Of a stretch of 64,000 nt of DNA, positions 26,569-40,443 are shown piece after piece. This DNA is from Octopus vulgaris (Eukaryota), in NCBI GenBank assembly GCA_951406725.2, contig OX597822.1:103788001-103852000 (forward strand). The letters run 5' to 3'. The notes under the pieces are model-generated. The model had not been told where the DNA came from. It was given only the letters and a program-made list of their open reading frames with translations, and searched no databases. The position numbers and the translations under genes were made by a program. Numbering within the stretch: position 1 is the first letter of the stretch; each line of letters opens with the position of its first letter.

Positions 26569-26947
26569 CTAGCAGTATCGCCCGGCGTTGCTCAGGTTTG
26601 TAAGGGAAATAACTATAGAGCATTTTTAGAGAGTTATAGCCAAAAAATAGCAAAAAGATGGAAAAAAAATGATGGTAAATTTTTTTTTTAGTTAAAAAAG
26701 GTGGAGTTGCGTCCCCTAGACAGTTTGCGGTTTGTGTTTCTGATTCTCGACCCCATGTCGAATTTATCGATTTTTTTCAGAACTGGGAAACTTTTCAAAA
26801 TTTTCGCTGTGTTAGTTTTACATTATGACATTGGGCTATGTGTGTGTCAAGTTTCATCAGAATCGGTTGAAAGCCGTGGTCAGGGTGAGGGTACAAGCAA
26901 ACAGACACACAGAAACACGCACAGACAAACTGCCGTTTATATAGAGA
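26569..26947 (-). mobile_element. Non-autonomous Helitron
   Basis: Minus strand starts TCTCTATATAAACGGCA and ends with GC hairpin plus CTAG; termini match 36320-36716. Confidence 0.8.
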
Positions 26948-27479
26948 TATATATATATATATACATTCACATACGTACACATATATGGTTGAATAGGTTG
27001 TCAGTTGATATGTACACACGCAGATACATACACACATGCACATATATTTGTATACACCACAAAACACTCACACACGCGCACGCCCACACTCTGGGATTCG
27101 CTCTCACCGTATGAAAACTTCGGACAAGACAATGTCGTTTACCACAGACATGTGTAGACCTATTCCTCATGAATGAAACTGGGTCGGTAGACAAAATAAT
27201 CTTTATAGAGACCTATGGGATGAACTATTGCAGTATTTCAAATATCCGCGTTCTCAGTGTTTATGATTTTACGAACCAGGGCATAAATAAGGGGATAGCA
27301 TTCTCCAAGAGGCGATGGAGCAACTGTTAATTTTCGACTGGGAAATTTATACAGCGACACTGCATAGCTCAGGTGTTCTGGAAACAGAAGTCTCCTGAAT
27401 TAAATAGATAAATCTGTTGATACGAGTGGATTTTTTTGTATAATTACTTTATATCCTTTGGTGCACTCAATGAGAATAA

Positions 27480-27860
27480 TAATGTTGATGTCCTGTAGCG
27501 CAACATTCAGCTCTGTTTTCAGAATGTTATTTAATCTTCGGCACCACACCTTCCTTATCTTTTCTCTCATTAGTGAGTGTTTAATTCCGTCTACTTCACA
27601 TATTCCTAGATACTTATAATTGTCCTGATGTCTTAATTCTTTTATCTGGGTGTCTTTATCGAGAGTGATGTTGCATGTATTTGATAGTTTCTCTTTGGTG
27701 AATGTAGTCTTGGTTCATTTATCAAGCCCAGATTGCATTTTGATGCTATCACCGATTATTTGACTGTGTAAGAGTGTTTGTGCTTACAGGTCATTATTTT
27801 ACGGATAGTTTCAAGTCATCCATGTAGAGGAGATGATTAACTGTTTTTCCTCCATACACT
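27480..27860 (-). mobile_element. Decayed Dong/R4 RT fragment (distinct subfamily)
   Basis: VNHLLYMDDLKL; YKYLGI; KTELN. Confidence 0.8.
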
Positions 27861-28139
27861 CTCTGTTCATAGCTTGGTAATAGTGAAGGAAGTCTATTAA
27901 AAGCTTCAAGAATATAATAACCAAAAACCCAAACGAAGTTAAAAAACAGAAAAAGAACAGGAATTATCTGATTCGCAGGAGAATGTGTTGCATGATAGAT
28001 TCCCAAAGATAGTTGCAGCAAATAGTAGTAGTGAGACATGATTATGGTTGCAGAAAGGAAAACTGAATAGGGAGACGGAAAGGTTGTTAGTAGCTGCATA
28101 AGATCAAACATTAAGGACTAATTGGATACAAGCCAAGAC

Positions 28140-29815
28140 GGTAAGAAACCTTACATCCTGATATTAGGTGGTCGACTTTTTCTATTCCATCGTTGCGGTA
28201 TCAACACTTTGGGTCTACATAATTTTTCATTACATTCCGGGTCAATAAGCTCTGATCTTGAGCAGCCAAGATAAAGCCTTCACTCTCTGTCTTTAGCCCT
28301 ATGCTCCGTAGCCACTGATGGGTGTGCTTCTGGTCTACATCAGCTTGTTTACTATTAGCCATATATTTGCCATGCAGAAATTTTTGTTTCCACCTATCAG
28401 CCAATTATTTAAACGCATTTTGCTTTGCTATTGATTTCGCCTTCTTTGCAATACATTTGCTGTATTTCCATGTTGTTCATGCATAAACTCATTTGAAAAC
28501 GTTTTGCTCCACTTCATAACAGAATGAAGCTTCTTACATCAATAATGCAGAGGTTTTTGTTCCCACCTATCAACCAATTGTTCAAATGCGTTGCTATTGA
28601 TTTAGCCTTCTTCGCAACTACATTTGTTGTACTTCCAGCATGCCGTTCAACATGGGTATTATGCATAAGCTCACTTGAAAATATTTTGCTCTCCTTCATA
28701 ACAGAATGAAGCTTCTTACGTCTTTCATGGTTTTCAAAAAACTTTAGCATCTAGTTTTAGATGTTTCAAAATATTTCGCCAGTCCAGTTGTGGTTGTTTG
28801 TAGGAAATTTCAAATTGTATGAATCTTCGACCTTCTTGATCTCTGGGTAAATAAAGACGATCTGCGTCTGCCTTTGGGTGGTCCATCTTATTGCAATTCA
28901 GGAGCTTACGGATTTTCCTGTCAATCTTCCTTATTTCGCTCATATTCCAGTTCAACACATCGAAGTTGTAAATAACAACCGGAAGTCCTTAGGAATTAAT
29001 CGCGAAAACCTTGTTACGTGCATTTAACTCAGGTTTTAGGACTGCTCGAACTCTCCTGTAACACTCCTTCTTGATCTTATCTTTCATAGCTGCATGCTGA
29101 ATGCCAGAGCCCTCATTTATTCCGAGGTATTTGAAAGTCTGTTCCTGCTCGAGTTCTTTTATGGCTGTGTCAACATCCAATTCGATTGAATGTGAGGTCT
29201 TCAGTTTCACATTCTGGAAAGTGGCCTTTGCACATTTATCCCGACCAAATTCCATTCCGACGTTATCGCTGAATGCTTTCCCTGTACGTAGTAGTCCTTC
29301 AAGCTCGTTACCCTCTTTGCCATTGTCATCCAAAAAGTCATCGATATAAAAGTCATCCATATAAAATAGATGACTTATTTTCTTGTCGCCAATTTTATAT
29401 TCATACCCTTTTCTGTTAAGATCACTTGTAAGGAGTATTAGGGCTATGCGAAAATAAAAAGTGAAAGTGAGTCACCTCGGGAAATACCGCTGTTGATATT
29501 AATATTTTTTTTTGTGGTCAATTAGATTGATATAGTTGGAGATTCGTATTCCACATTGACATGTGCTTCAGGAAGTCTGAAATGACAGGAGAAATTTTGA
29601 AGATATCCAGCGGTTTCAAGATCCAGGAATGCGGAATGTGGTATTTTTATAATCAATCTATGTAGAACTGAGATTTTTGCGTTTGTTATGACAGTCCTCA
29701 AAGATCGTGCGATTGATTAAGAGTTGATCTTTGCATTCATATGAGCCTCGTCGTTATTCCTTTTGTTCAGTGGGGAAATTTGTATACTTTTTCCACGCCG
29801 ATGGATGTTAAAATT
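28140..29815 (-). mobile_element. Decayed Dong/R4 LINE, inverted paralog of 3300-4610, with internal ~170-bp duplication
   Basis: FYMDD, DKCAKATF, KYLGINE, WLRSIGLKTESEGFILAAQDQSL; ORFs nearly identical to 4169-4384 and 4378-4605. Confidence 0.9.
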
Positions 29816-29857
29816 TTGTCATCATCATCATCATCATCATCAATATTATTATTATTA

Positions 29858-30412
29858 TTGAGTGAGAGAGCAGTGCATGCCATCAAAGTGACACTGGGGT
29901 AAAATATACGAAGCCCAATATACCCATCATGACTACCCGTCTGATAAGGGTACACTAAGCACATGCATCACAACCATATGTGCGCGACATGGTGATCTCA
30001 TATCAAGATAAAACAGCACATGACCTTGCAGGTGGGGCCCAGTTAGAATTTTCTTCAGGTTGAGTAGCCCATCCCGCTCAAAAGGTCCCTGAATAAGGGT
30101 TGTTTAAGGATGTTGAAAGAACCACCCATGTTTCCAGAGGTGAATTATTCAAACCCCAAAGAATCCCTCTCAACACATGGTTATGATACTCCCCCACTAC
30201 TTCTGCTCGTGATCAGAGGTGCACATATCGTCAGCCACTAAGGGACATGCTCAACTGGTTAAGGTCAAACAACTGACAAGCAAATCTGTGGTATTGAGCA
30301 GAATATTTGCTGTAGCCCATCTTTTATACCAAGACAAAACAATGTACATGATAACACTTCCAATCAGTTAAGATCAGAAGCCATGAGAGCCACTGCCTGG
30401 TACTGCATCAGG
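29858..30412 (-). mobile_element. Unclassified ~555-bp non-coding element embedded in (TAA)n
   Basis: Sharp boundaries with ATT/CTT microsatellites on both sides; higher GC than flanks; no credible ORF. Confidence 0.55.
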
Positions 30413-30607
<195 letters not shown>

Positions 30608-30989
30608 AAGTAGTTAATTCCTGACAATATTACGATGGTATCAGTACATTTTGATATTGCTATATAAACATCCGTTTTAGAGAGACTTAGTAGGCGTAGA
30701 TGAACTACTAAAGTGCAAAATGGCAAAAGGACAGTATGATTTAGTTGTTTCGCAGCAGGGTTAGCCGGCTAATGGAGATTTTGAGCAGTAAATGATATCC
30801 CGCAATTAAACTTGATAGTAACACGACAAATTAAATTATTAACGTATGAATATTTGAAACATTTATTCACACGTACACACAAATACGCTTGCAGATATTT
30901 ATATGTGCATATATATATATATATTTATATATATCCGATCATATGTACTTACATGCATATATACATATGTTCATGCATATATGGTTATT

Positions 30990-31036
<47 letters not shown>

Positions 31037-31173
31037 CAGGGTTTGTATGACTGTGTTTAGAGGGATATATATTATTCAAAGGAATTCTAACTCTGTTTTT
31101 TATGTTTTATTTATATTCTTTATAATATTAAGGTAGAATATAAAATATATAGTATAAATATTATATATTTATA

Positions 31174-31585
31174 GGGTGGCTGTGTGGTAAGTAGCTTGCA
31201 AACCAACCACATGGTTCCGGGTTCAGTCCCACTGCGTGGCATCTTGGGCAAGTGTCTTCTTCTATAGCCTCGGGCCGACCAAAGCCTTGTGAGTGGATTT
31301 GGTAGACGGAAACTGAAAGAAGCCTGTCGTATATATGTATATGTAGATATATATGTATGTGTGTGTATGTGTTTGTGTGTCTGTATTTGTCGCTCTAGCA
31401 TTGCTTGACAACCGATGCTGGTGTGTTTACGTCACCGTCACTTAGCGGTTCGGCAAAAGAGGCCGATAGAATAAGTACTGGGCTTACAAAGAATAAGTCT
31501 TGGAGCCGATTTGCTCGACTAAAGGCGGTGCTCCAGCATGGCCGCATTCAAATGACTGAAACAAGTAAAAGAGTAAAAGAAAGAG
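31174..31585 (+). mobile_element. OK-like SINE
   Basis: Near-identical to 45697-46110. Confidence 0.92.
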
Positions 31586-31739
31586 TATAGTAAAATGAAA
31601 TGAAGTATTGATTGTCTAATTGAATAGATGAAATATTGAATATAAAATATTAAGGGACTAGCATACTTTCTTGCATTAAAGCAGTCTTCAAGGTCCCAGG
31701 TTGTGACAAGCGTATTTCACAGTTGAATTCCTTTGATTA

Positions 31740-31811
<72 letters not shown>

Positions 31812-32084
31812 ATGTATGTATGTATGTATGTATGTATGTATGTATGTATACGCATATACAGACTCACGTGCTCCTTAACCGCACAATCATATCTATACCT
31901 CACACAGCCATGCTGTAGGAATATTTCTGAGCCAAAATATCCATCAGTAGCACCTCATTAGAGTACTTCGATGACGCAGTAGTAAAAGAAGGCCTCTTAA
32001 TGATCATTAATCAACCGGTTAAGGATCATTAATCAATTATTTTTAATAATTAAGCACTACGCCAATCCAATGGTAATTAATAAG

Positions 32085-32404
32085 ACTCCGCCGGTTACGA
32101 CGACGAGGGTCCCAGCTGATCCGAATCAACGGAACAGCCTGCTCGGGAAATTAACGTGTAAGTGGCTGAGCACTCCACAGACACGTGTACCCTTAACGTA
32201 GTTCTCGGGGATAATCAGCGTGACACAGAGAGTGACAAGGCTGACCCTTTGAAATACAAGTACAACTCAATTTTGCCAGCTGAGTGGACTGGAGCAACGT
32301 GAAATAAAGTGTCTTGCTCAAGGACACAACGCGTCGCCGGGAATCGAACTCACAACCTTACGATCATGAGCCGAATGCCCTAACCACTAAGCCACGCGCC
32401 CTCA
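32085..32404 (-). mobile_element. OR2-like CORE SINE with tail A
   Basis: Reverse-complement homolog of 46905-47225; candidate TSD ATCCAATGGTAAT on both sides. Confidence 0.9.
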
Positions 32405-32630
32405 CATCCAATGGTAATAATAACTGAATAAAGGATCAAGGAGACGTTATGTTACGTGACATTCATTTCTATCAGAATGGTTCTTGTTTTTTTTACTCGT
32501 TACATACACAGAAATTATATATTACGTAATATTGCATAATAATAATGCTAAGTAACACTTTCACTTCGTCAGATGTCATGGGGAACCATCAGTTTTCTCA
32601 TGGAAAAATTTCGCCTGATAACTTCATTCC

Positions 32631-32736
<106 letters not shown>

Positions 32737-32868
32737 GCCTGCCTATCTACCTACCTACCTACCTACCTACCTACCTACCTACCTACCTACATACATACCT
32801 ACATACATACATATATACACACATACATACGTACGTACACACATACACTTATACATATATATATATAC

Positions 32869-32922
<54 letters not shown>

Positions 32923-32969
32923 ATATTTTTCCTCCTGTCTTCCCTTCTCTTGATCTTTCCTTCTCCTAT

Positions 32970-33004
32970 GTTTCCGACGAAGAGCTCCGCTCGAAACGTT
33001 AAAC
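32970..33004 (+). ncRNA. Minimal hammerhead (U4C) in ~170-bp TA-flanked element 32919-33088
   Basis: GTTT CCGACGA A GAGC tcc GCTC GAAA CG TT AAAC. Confidence 0.72.
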
Positions 33005-33295
33005 CCTCTGAGCGTCCAATAATACTATATTTGTTCCACGTCCTCGCGTTGTTGTGTTTTTTTGTGTTTTCTTGTTTGGATTAACTTTATATAAACATAT
33101 AGATGCATATAAAATGCCTCCAAGATGGCGAATCCTGTCATCTTTTCAAGCCAATAAAAGTTACACAGCCTACGTAACACATTAAATCATGATTGTGTTA
33201 TTTTTCATTAGGTAACTAGTAATCACCTCGTGTTAATGAAACGTACGTTAGATGGTTAACAATATTTGTACACGACCTCTCATACTTACTTTTAT

Positions 33296-33378
<83 letters not shown>

Positions 33379-34244
33379 TATATGTATGAATGTACCCATA
33401 TATTACATATACATGTAAATGTACATACTTCTGTGTGTATGTGTGTGTTTGATAAACCATTATCCGAGATTACGAAATACTAAAATATCCACAATCGGAA
33501 TTAGCGTTCAAAATGTTCTCTCGACATATGTAGTAACTGCTTGAAACCGAGCTGTGAGTAAACTTGTGTGTAACATCACCTAATCCAGTCTTGCAAAGCT
33601 GGATTAGCGGTAAATTATATAAAACTACATTCATAATGCATGTATAAAATATGGAGTGAAATGAAAAATACGAGTGACTCCCAAATAGGATCCTACCATC
33701 CTACCATCCTACCATCAAGGTATGCTACTAAATATAGAAGCAATTAGCTAAAATTCCTACAAGAGTTCAACGACGAGATCACACCTAATTCTGTGCTTCA
33801 GAAATCATTATTCAACACTATGACAGTTAATGCAGAAGGCTTGAATTATGACAACCGTGTTACGTACGTTCGTAATTGTAGGATTGAAACGCCATTAACT
33901 GTGGTATCACAAAACAGATAAGAAGCTTCCTAAATATCGCAAATATTATGTGTAATATATGTATGTATATATGTATATATATGTGTGTGTGTGATTGTGT
34001 GTGTGTGCGTGTGAGAGAGAGAGAGAGGGAGAGAGAAAGAGAGGTGGAGTGAATTTATATACAATTTCACTCAGAAGTAATGGGTCGACTTGTGGTAACA
34101 GTAAATAGCATTTATTTAAGTTACTAAGCAGTGAGATCGAAAGAAAGGTCTAATATATACCTTCCGTCGTTGCGTAGTTCTCGATCAATAATTTCTTTCG
34201 GGTAGCTATTAACATTATATCTAGCACTTTTCCTCTAGTTTTGA

Positions 34245-34288
<44 letters not shown>

Positions 34289-34595
34289 TTATATTGATTC
34301 ATGGCCCAAAACTTTTTGTCTTCGTAAGCATGTATTTGCGGAAAGGTTACAAATACGACGAGCATAGTTGCATAGTTGAAACTTTCGTTGCTCAACCACA
34401 GGATTCAAGCTAATTGCCAATTACCTTTGGCAAGCATCCTTTGCCAAAGCTGGCAAAATTTACGATGTGAGTACCACCGTTACTGTTAAACTGGAGCACG
34501 CGCTTTTGTTTACATTTGAAGAAGATCGTCGCTTTCCGTAAAATTCAGAATTTTTTTTTATACATGTCGGGTAGGGGTAAGAGTATCTTTTCAAG

Positions 34596-34825
34596 GCGGC
34601 GAGCTGGCAGAAACGTTAGCACGCCGGGCGAAATGCTTAGCGGTATTTCGTCTGCGTTCCGTTGTGAGTTCAAATTCCGCCGAGGTCGACTTTGCCTTTC
34701 ATCCTTTCGGGGTCGATAAATTAAGTACCAGTTACGCACTGGGGTCGATGTAATCGACTTAATACCTATGTCTGTCCTTGTTTGTCCCCTCTGTGTTTAG
34801 CCCCTTGTGGGTAATAAAGAAATAG
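34596..34825 (+). mobile_element. Full-length Nin/Deu-type SINE with target-site duplication
   Basis: GTATCTTTTCAAG at 34583-34595 and 34826-34838. Confidence 0.92.
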
Positions 34826-35074
34826 GTATCTTTTCAAGTCGGCGTAAAAGCGAGACAGAAAGTGCGCGATCGGATCGGGGAAGTTCTTTTGAAGTTGGCG
34901 TTCCGTCTGTGTGTGTGTGTTTGTATTTCTGTGTGTGTCTGTGTGTGTGTGTGTCTGTCTGTATATAAATACAGGCCCGTAATTCAATTCTTGTTAGTAT
35001 GAATCAGGAAGCCCTTGGATGCAGAGGCGTCTGGAATTTAAAAGCTTTCATTTTATTTTAGTTTTGCACGCACT

Positions 35075-35234
35075 CGCCAGTACACGCAAACACACACACA
35101 TAGCAACACACAAACACAGACAGAATTATGCACACACACACACAGACGCAAGCTGAGACAGAATTTTGCACACACACGCCTGTACACACAAACACAGACT
35201 CACAAGCACATACACACATACAGAGACGCACAAG

Positions 35235-35273
<39 letters not shown>

Positions 35274-35358
35274 GCAAGCACAGACAGAAGTTTGCACACG
35301 CACGCCTGTACACACAAACACAGACTCACAAGCACATACACACATACAGAGACACACA

Positions 35359-35405
<47 letters not shown>

Positions 35406-35440
35406 ACTCACAAGCACATACACACATACAGAGACACACA

Positions 35441-35491
<51 letters not shown>

Positions 35492-35495
35492 GCAC
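35075..35495. repeat. CA-rich compound minisatellite (~125-bp unit x2 plus partial)
   Basis: GACGCAAGC..GACAGAA.TTTGCAC..CACGCCTGTACACACAAACACAGACTCACAAGCACATAC repeats. Confidence 0.9.
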
Positions 35496-36319
35496 ATCAA
35501 TTCTTCCGATTCACGCCGACTTCAAATGAACTTCCTTCATACGATCGCGCTCTCTTTGTCTCTTTCGTTTTCACCCCAACTTCAAAAGATCCTATTTCCC
35601 CCCAACCCCACGTAAAAAAATAAGAATTTGTTACTGAAATCGACGATCATGTTGACAAATGTAAATAAACACACGTGGTTTGTAAGTAACAGTCGTGTGT
35701 TCTTGTAACGAAAGATCCACCCCGCCCAAAGTTTTGTGAAGATCAATGACGTGTGCACGAAATTTTGTTGTGTAAATTTTGCGTGGACATATCGATCCTG
35801 TCTTAAGACGTCGAATTCATGTTCATATCCAATAGTTAGCTGTCAAGAGAAATCTTCTATGGCTTTTATTTTTGACGTTAAAGTCTGCTCGTTATTGTCT
35901 CATTAAATTTGTTCTCACTTGCGTAAAAACAAATTCTTGCACGGAGACATTTGGTTCCGTGATAGAGTATGTTATGAGAGTTAGACACAACTTTTTATAT
36001 TGGAATATACAGCTTTGTAAATAATTGTAGTTTAATGAGGTCGGAAAGTCATACGGCTAATACATCTGGGCCTATAACTCTCCCTCGTGACTCGCTGCTC
36101 CATTCCATTTAGGAGAGAGTTAAGTTTTGGCATCCTTTATGTGTATTTCAGTTTAAGTTCGAGAAGAATCATCAGCGTGGTCCCAGACAAGTTCTGCTCG
36201 GACGCTTTGATCTCCTGCAAGGTATTATTCGTTTTTAGAACAACGCAGGTCAGAATCCTACCAGAAATCTAGCTCTAGTAGCAAAAAAAAATGTTAACAC
36301 TCTTTTTCTTTTCTTATAA

Positions 36320-36347
36320 TCTCTCTATATATAAACGGCAAAATGTC

Positions 36348-36390
<43 letters not shown>

Positions 36391-36716
36391 CCTTTATACA
36401 AATCCACAATTTTTCAGTTAGAGGGCTCGCACTTTCTATAGTCATTTAAAACCGTCTTAGGGTGGTCGTGCACATCTTTACATTTCCCCAGTCACCCGGC
36501 AAAGCCATTAAAAAAGTCAATAGAAGTGACTCTTTTGTGAATTTTCTATCCAAACCCCAATCAAAATGCCCGAAACTTGATACGCCAATTGAATGCCAGC
36601 TAGCTGTATGTGATTGGTCGGAGATTTGGACAGTACTCGCGTGTATGTGCGCACGCACGCAGCTGTATATGCATGCACTAGCACTATGACCCGGCAACGC
36701 CGGGTCATATTGCTAG
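36320..36716 (+). mobile_element. Non-autonomous Helitron
   Basis: Between A and T: 5' TCTCTCTATATATAAACGGCA, 3' perfect hairpin TATGACCCGGC-aac-GCCGGGTCATA then TTG CTAG. Confidence 0.88.
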
Positions 36717-37329
36717 TAGGTGGATAAATAATAGAACGCTTCAATCCAGCAGAAGAGGACGTAATGCTGCAGTGTGAGACCACCCACAGTCTTAAATAGA
36801 GCTTCGAACCTTGCCGAACTGCTTTACACTGGATACGTGCTGGATATCTTAGCATATATTATGGAAATCTCTCTCCACTTAATGCATCATCGTTTCCTGC
36901 GACGCCATTTAAAAAAACATGTATGAACATGAAATTGTTTTTCTAACGATTTCAGCCGGAATTTTAAGTGGGAGATACTCGACAGCCTTTTCTCGTTCAA
37001 TGATTTTAAATAGAAGGCATCCTTCAGCTTGGCTGAATTGTCCTCCTCATCTCCTTGTCCTCCTCACCTCCTTTCCATCTAACATAGTCTATGGGTGAGT
37101 GTATGTTTTTGTAACACCGCGATGTTAAACATTCAAAATAACAAGCTGGTTAAAGTTTTATCAGAAAATCATATCCTACACGGCTTAATTTTTGCTACAT
37201 CCCTCTACATACATGGAAGTAGGGGGCCTTAAGGATTGCATGAGAAATTGCTTATAAAACAAAGAATTTCCAAGGAAAACAACGAACCTTGAAGAAGCCG
37301 AAATATCCAATAGAAGCAAATGATGATAA

Positions 37330-37530
37330 CAATCCTTTCTACTATAGGCACAAGGCCTGAAATTTTGTGGGGGAGGTTTATTTCAACTAGTAAAATTTTA
37401 TCGATCCCTAACGAATGAGAGACAAAGTGACCTCAGCCGAATTTGAACTTAGAAGTTAAAGCCGGAAGAAACGATGTTGGGTACTTTGTCCAGCGTGCTA
37501 ATGAATTTGCCAGCTCGTCGCGTTTAATAG
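37330..37530 (-). mobile_element. Old Nin/Deu-type SINE
   Basis: Diverged match to 17031-17220. Confidence 0.7.
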
Positions 37531-37673
37531 TGATTTGAAATTTTGGAATAAGAGCAGTAATTTTAGGGTGAAGTGGTTTAGTCGATTGCATCAACCACAA
37601 TAATTTATGAAGATGATGATGATGACGATGATCATGATCATGATGGCGATGATGATGACGACGACGATGATGT

Positions 37674-37699
<26 letters not shown>

Positions 37700-37707
<8 letters not shown>

Positions 37708-38037
37708 GACGAATATGATGATTTTTCCCTTGTGATTATAATATTCCGGAAAATGAATTTGGCAATTGTTATAAGCATCGCCTGTGAACATAATTTGCAG
37801 CTAAAGAATTTGACAAGGTCAAAAAATACGAAGATTCGCTCATTATAATCGAAAACTTGTGTCATCTCAAGGCGGTTACAATAGCAGTGATTGTAGGAGC
37901 ACTGGGAATGATAAAAAAAAAAAAAAAAGAACCGACTGTTATTTGAGAATGATCCCTGGCTTACCATCTTTGCAAGAAGTGCAGAAGATTGTTTTCACCG
38001 GCACTTCACACGTATTGAGAAAAACGCTATTGCTTTA
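37700..38037 (+). mobile_element. Dong/R4 endonuclease 3' fragment
   Basis: VIVGALGMI..RMIPGLPSLQEVQKIVFTGTSHVLRK; similar to 4690-4915. Confidence 0.8.
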
Positions 38038-38204
38038 AGAACGACAACATTCCATGCAAGGCTTACATAAATTGTAAATGAAAAATCTGGTGCGTTTATT
38101 CCAATGGCATATCAATGTTCGCAGTGACATTTATTGACGTAAGCGTTTGGAAAGATATTCGGCAAAGGCTGGGAACATAACTGAAGGAAGAAGATAAAAT
38201 CAAT

Positions 38205-38535
38205 AACTTCAAATTTTGGCACAGGGACAGCAGTTTTTGAGGGGAGGGGAAATTCGATTATATCGACCACGGTGGACCTTGAACTCAGCATGTTAAAGAT
38301 GGACGAAATGCCGCTAAACATTTTATTCGAAATGTTAATGATTCCGCCAGCTAACCCCATTTCTGATAACAATAATTTCATTCGTATTTACGCTCTGAGT
38401 TCAAATTCCGCTGAGGTGGATTTCGCGTTTAATTTTGTCGGGGTCGATAAAATACGTACCAGATGAGTACTGAGGTCAATGTAATCGACTACCCCCAGTC
38501 CCCCTAAATTGCTGGCTTTGTGCCACAATTTAAAA
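38205..38535. mobile_element. Two old Nin/Deu-type SINE fragments in opposite orientations
   Basis: TTGAACTCAG..GACGAAATGCCGCTAA on minus strand; CTGAGTTCAAATTCCGC..GGGGTCGATAAA on plus strand. Confidence 0.65.
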
Positions 38536-38643
38536 TGAATATACGCATGCATAAATAATGCTTATAAATAAATTCACTTGTCTATGTTTCCAGTATATAT
38601 CTATATATATATACGTATCAATATGTTTATGTTTTATGTCAGG

Positions 38644-38673
<30 letters not shown>

Positions 38674-38677
<4 letters not shown>

Positions 38678-38866
38678 AGAGTTTACGAAAAAAAAACACA
38701 AAACACGAAGACAGGTGGTGTACAAAACAAACAGATGTATTAGTATAATGCTCAGGAATAAAAAAAAGTCTTTTACGTTTCGAGCCAACGCTATTCTACA
38801 GAAAGGGGCACAAAAAAAAAGCAAGGAGAGAAAAAATGTGTGTAGTGGCTAACGATCTATCATGGC
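38674..38866 (-). mobile_element. Family H1 TA-flanked element with hammerhead-like motif at 38770-38805
   Basis: Minus: CTTT CTGTAGA A TAGC gttg GCTC GAAA CG TA AAAG. Confidence 0.72.
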
Positions 38867-38953
38867 GTCTGATGTATATGTATATATATATACATACATA
38901 TATATATATATATACATACATATATATATGTATATGTGTGTGTGTGTGCGTGT

Positions 38954-39253
38954 AGGCGCAATGGCCCAGTCGTTAGGGCAGCGGACTTGCAGTCGTAGGA
39001 TCGCGGTTTCGATTCCCAGACCGAGTGTTGTGAGTGTTTAGTCAACGAAAACACCTAAAAGCTCCACGCTGCTCCGACAGGGAATGGTGGCGATCCCTGC
39101 TGTACTCTTTCGCCGCAACTTTCTCTCACTCTTTCTTCTGTTGGCCTGCTCGCTTAGTCAGCGGGGTAGCGTCATTTGAAGGCTAAAACAATGCGAAGCG
39201 CATTGTGATCAGCGATGTGTAGCAACATCTGATAACCTTGTCGATCACGTGAT
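38954..39253 (+). mobile_element. OR1-like head SINE with tail C
   Basis: Same head as 18324; tail GAAGGCTAAAACAATGCGAAGCGCATTGTGA..CACGTGA shared with 47590-47840. Confidence 0.85.
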
Positions 39254-39304
39254 ATATATATATGTATATCTATATATATATATGTGTGTGTGTGTGTATG
39301 TATA

Positions 39305-39347
<43 letters not shown>

Positions 39348-39378
39348 ATGTATATATATGTATATATATTTATATATG

Positions 39379-39412
<34 letters not shown>

Positions 39413-39419
39413 ATTAATT

Positions 39420-39615
39420 AATAAGGGTGAGAGAATTAGATACTAATTTAATAGTATATCTATTCAACACCAAGTGGCCCAGTGCCTCGAGAAACCTGGA
39501 TTATTATAATATTTTATAATATATTATAATATTTTATACAAAAATAAATATAAGAGAATGGTCACTATTTGGCTCATTCTAGCACTAGAAAATCCAAAGG
39601 TTTCAACCACAAAAA
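39420..39615 (-). mobile_element. Family H3 TA-flanked terminus
   Basis: Homologous to 26103-26275. Confidence 0.6.
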
Positions 39616-40034
39616 TACATATATATATATATATGTATATATGTATATGTATATATAATTTAATAAACACAATATATGCATTTATGAGCTACTATTAGTT
39701 TCACATGCTGAGAGCATGCCAAGCAGTGTTTTCATCACGTCTGGTTACCTAGCGCAATCTCCAGACACTTCCAATGTGGCATAACGAACTAACAATTGGC
39801 GATATGATAAAGAAGAAGCAAGAAAAGGCGAAAAAGTAGACATAAAAGGTGGAAGGTTGAAAAACTGGAAAATAAATTAGAATTCAGCAAAAAACAAAGG
39901 ATGGGGATTTAGAATTATTTCTCCATAGACCGTAAAATATAAACCCGATAAGACATTGGCTTAGAGTCCATGGTAGAATTATTAAATCAGGAGAGGGAGG
40001 CACCTACTAGCTCGTCAACAGGAACTTAGTCATA

Positions 40035-40443
40035 TACTCCTTTACTCTTTTACTTGTTTCAGTCATTTGACTGCGGTCATGCTGGAGCACCGCCTTTAAT
40101 TGAGCAACTCGGCCCGGGGACTTATTCTTTGTAAGCCCAGTACTTATTCTATCAGTCTCTTTTGCCGAACCGCTAAGTGACGGGGACAAACACACACCAG
40201 CATCAGTTGTCAAGCGATGCTGGGGGGGGGGGACAAACACAGACATACAAACACACACGCACACACTCACATATATATACATATATACGATGTGCTTCTT
40301 TCAGTTTCCGTCTACCAAATCCACTCACAAGGTTTTGATCGGCCCGAGGCTATAGTAGAAGACACTTTCCCAAGGTGCCACGCAGTGGGACTGAACCCGG
40401 AACCATGTGGTTGGTAAGCAAGCTACTTACCACACAGCCACTC
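40035..40443 (-). mobile_element. OK-like SINE
   Basis: Full head and tail homology. Confidence 0.92.

Noticed and set aside
27138-27192. GTTTACC...GAAACTGGGTC GGTAGAC
   Set aside because: Stem I plausible but no core match.
30189-30200. GTAGTGGGGGA match to the U1 snRNA 3' region
   Set aside because: Only ~11 nt, with no other U1 features.
39685-39730. Minus-strand hairpin followed by GAAA CTAATAG TA
   Set aside because: No recognisable CUGANGA core or stem I.
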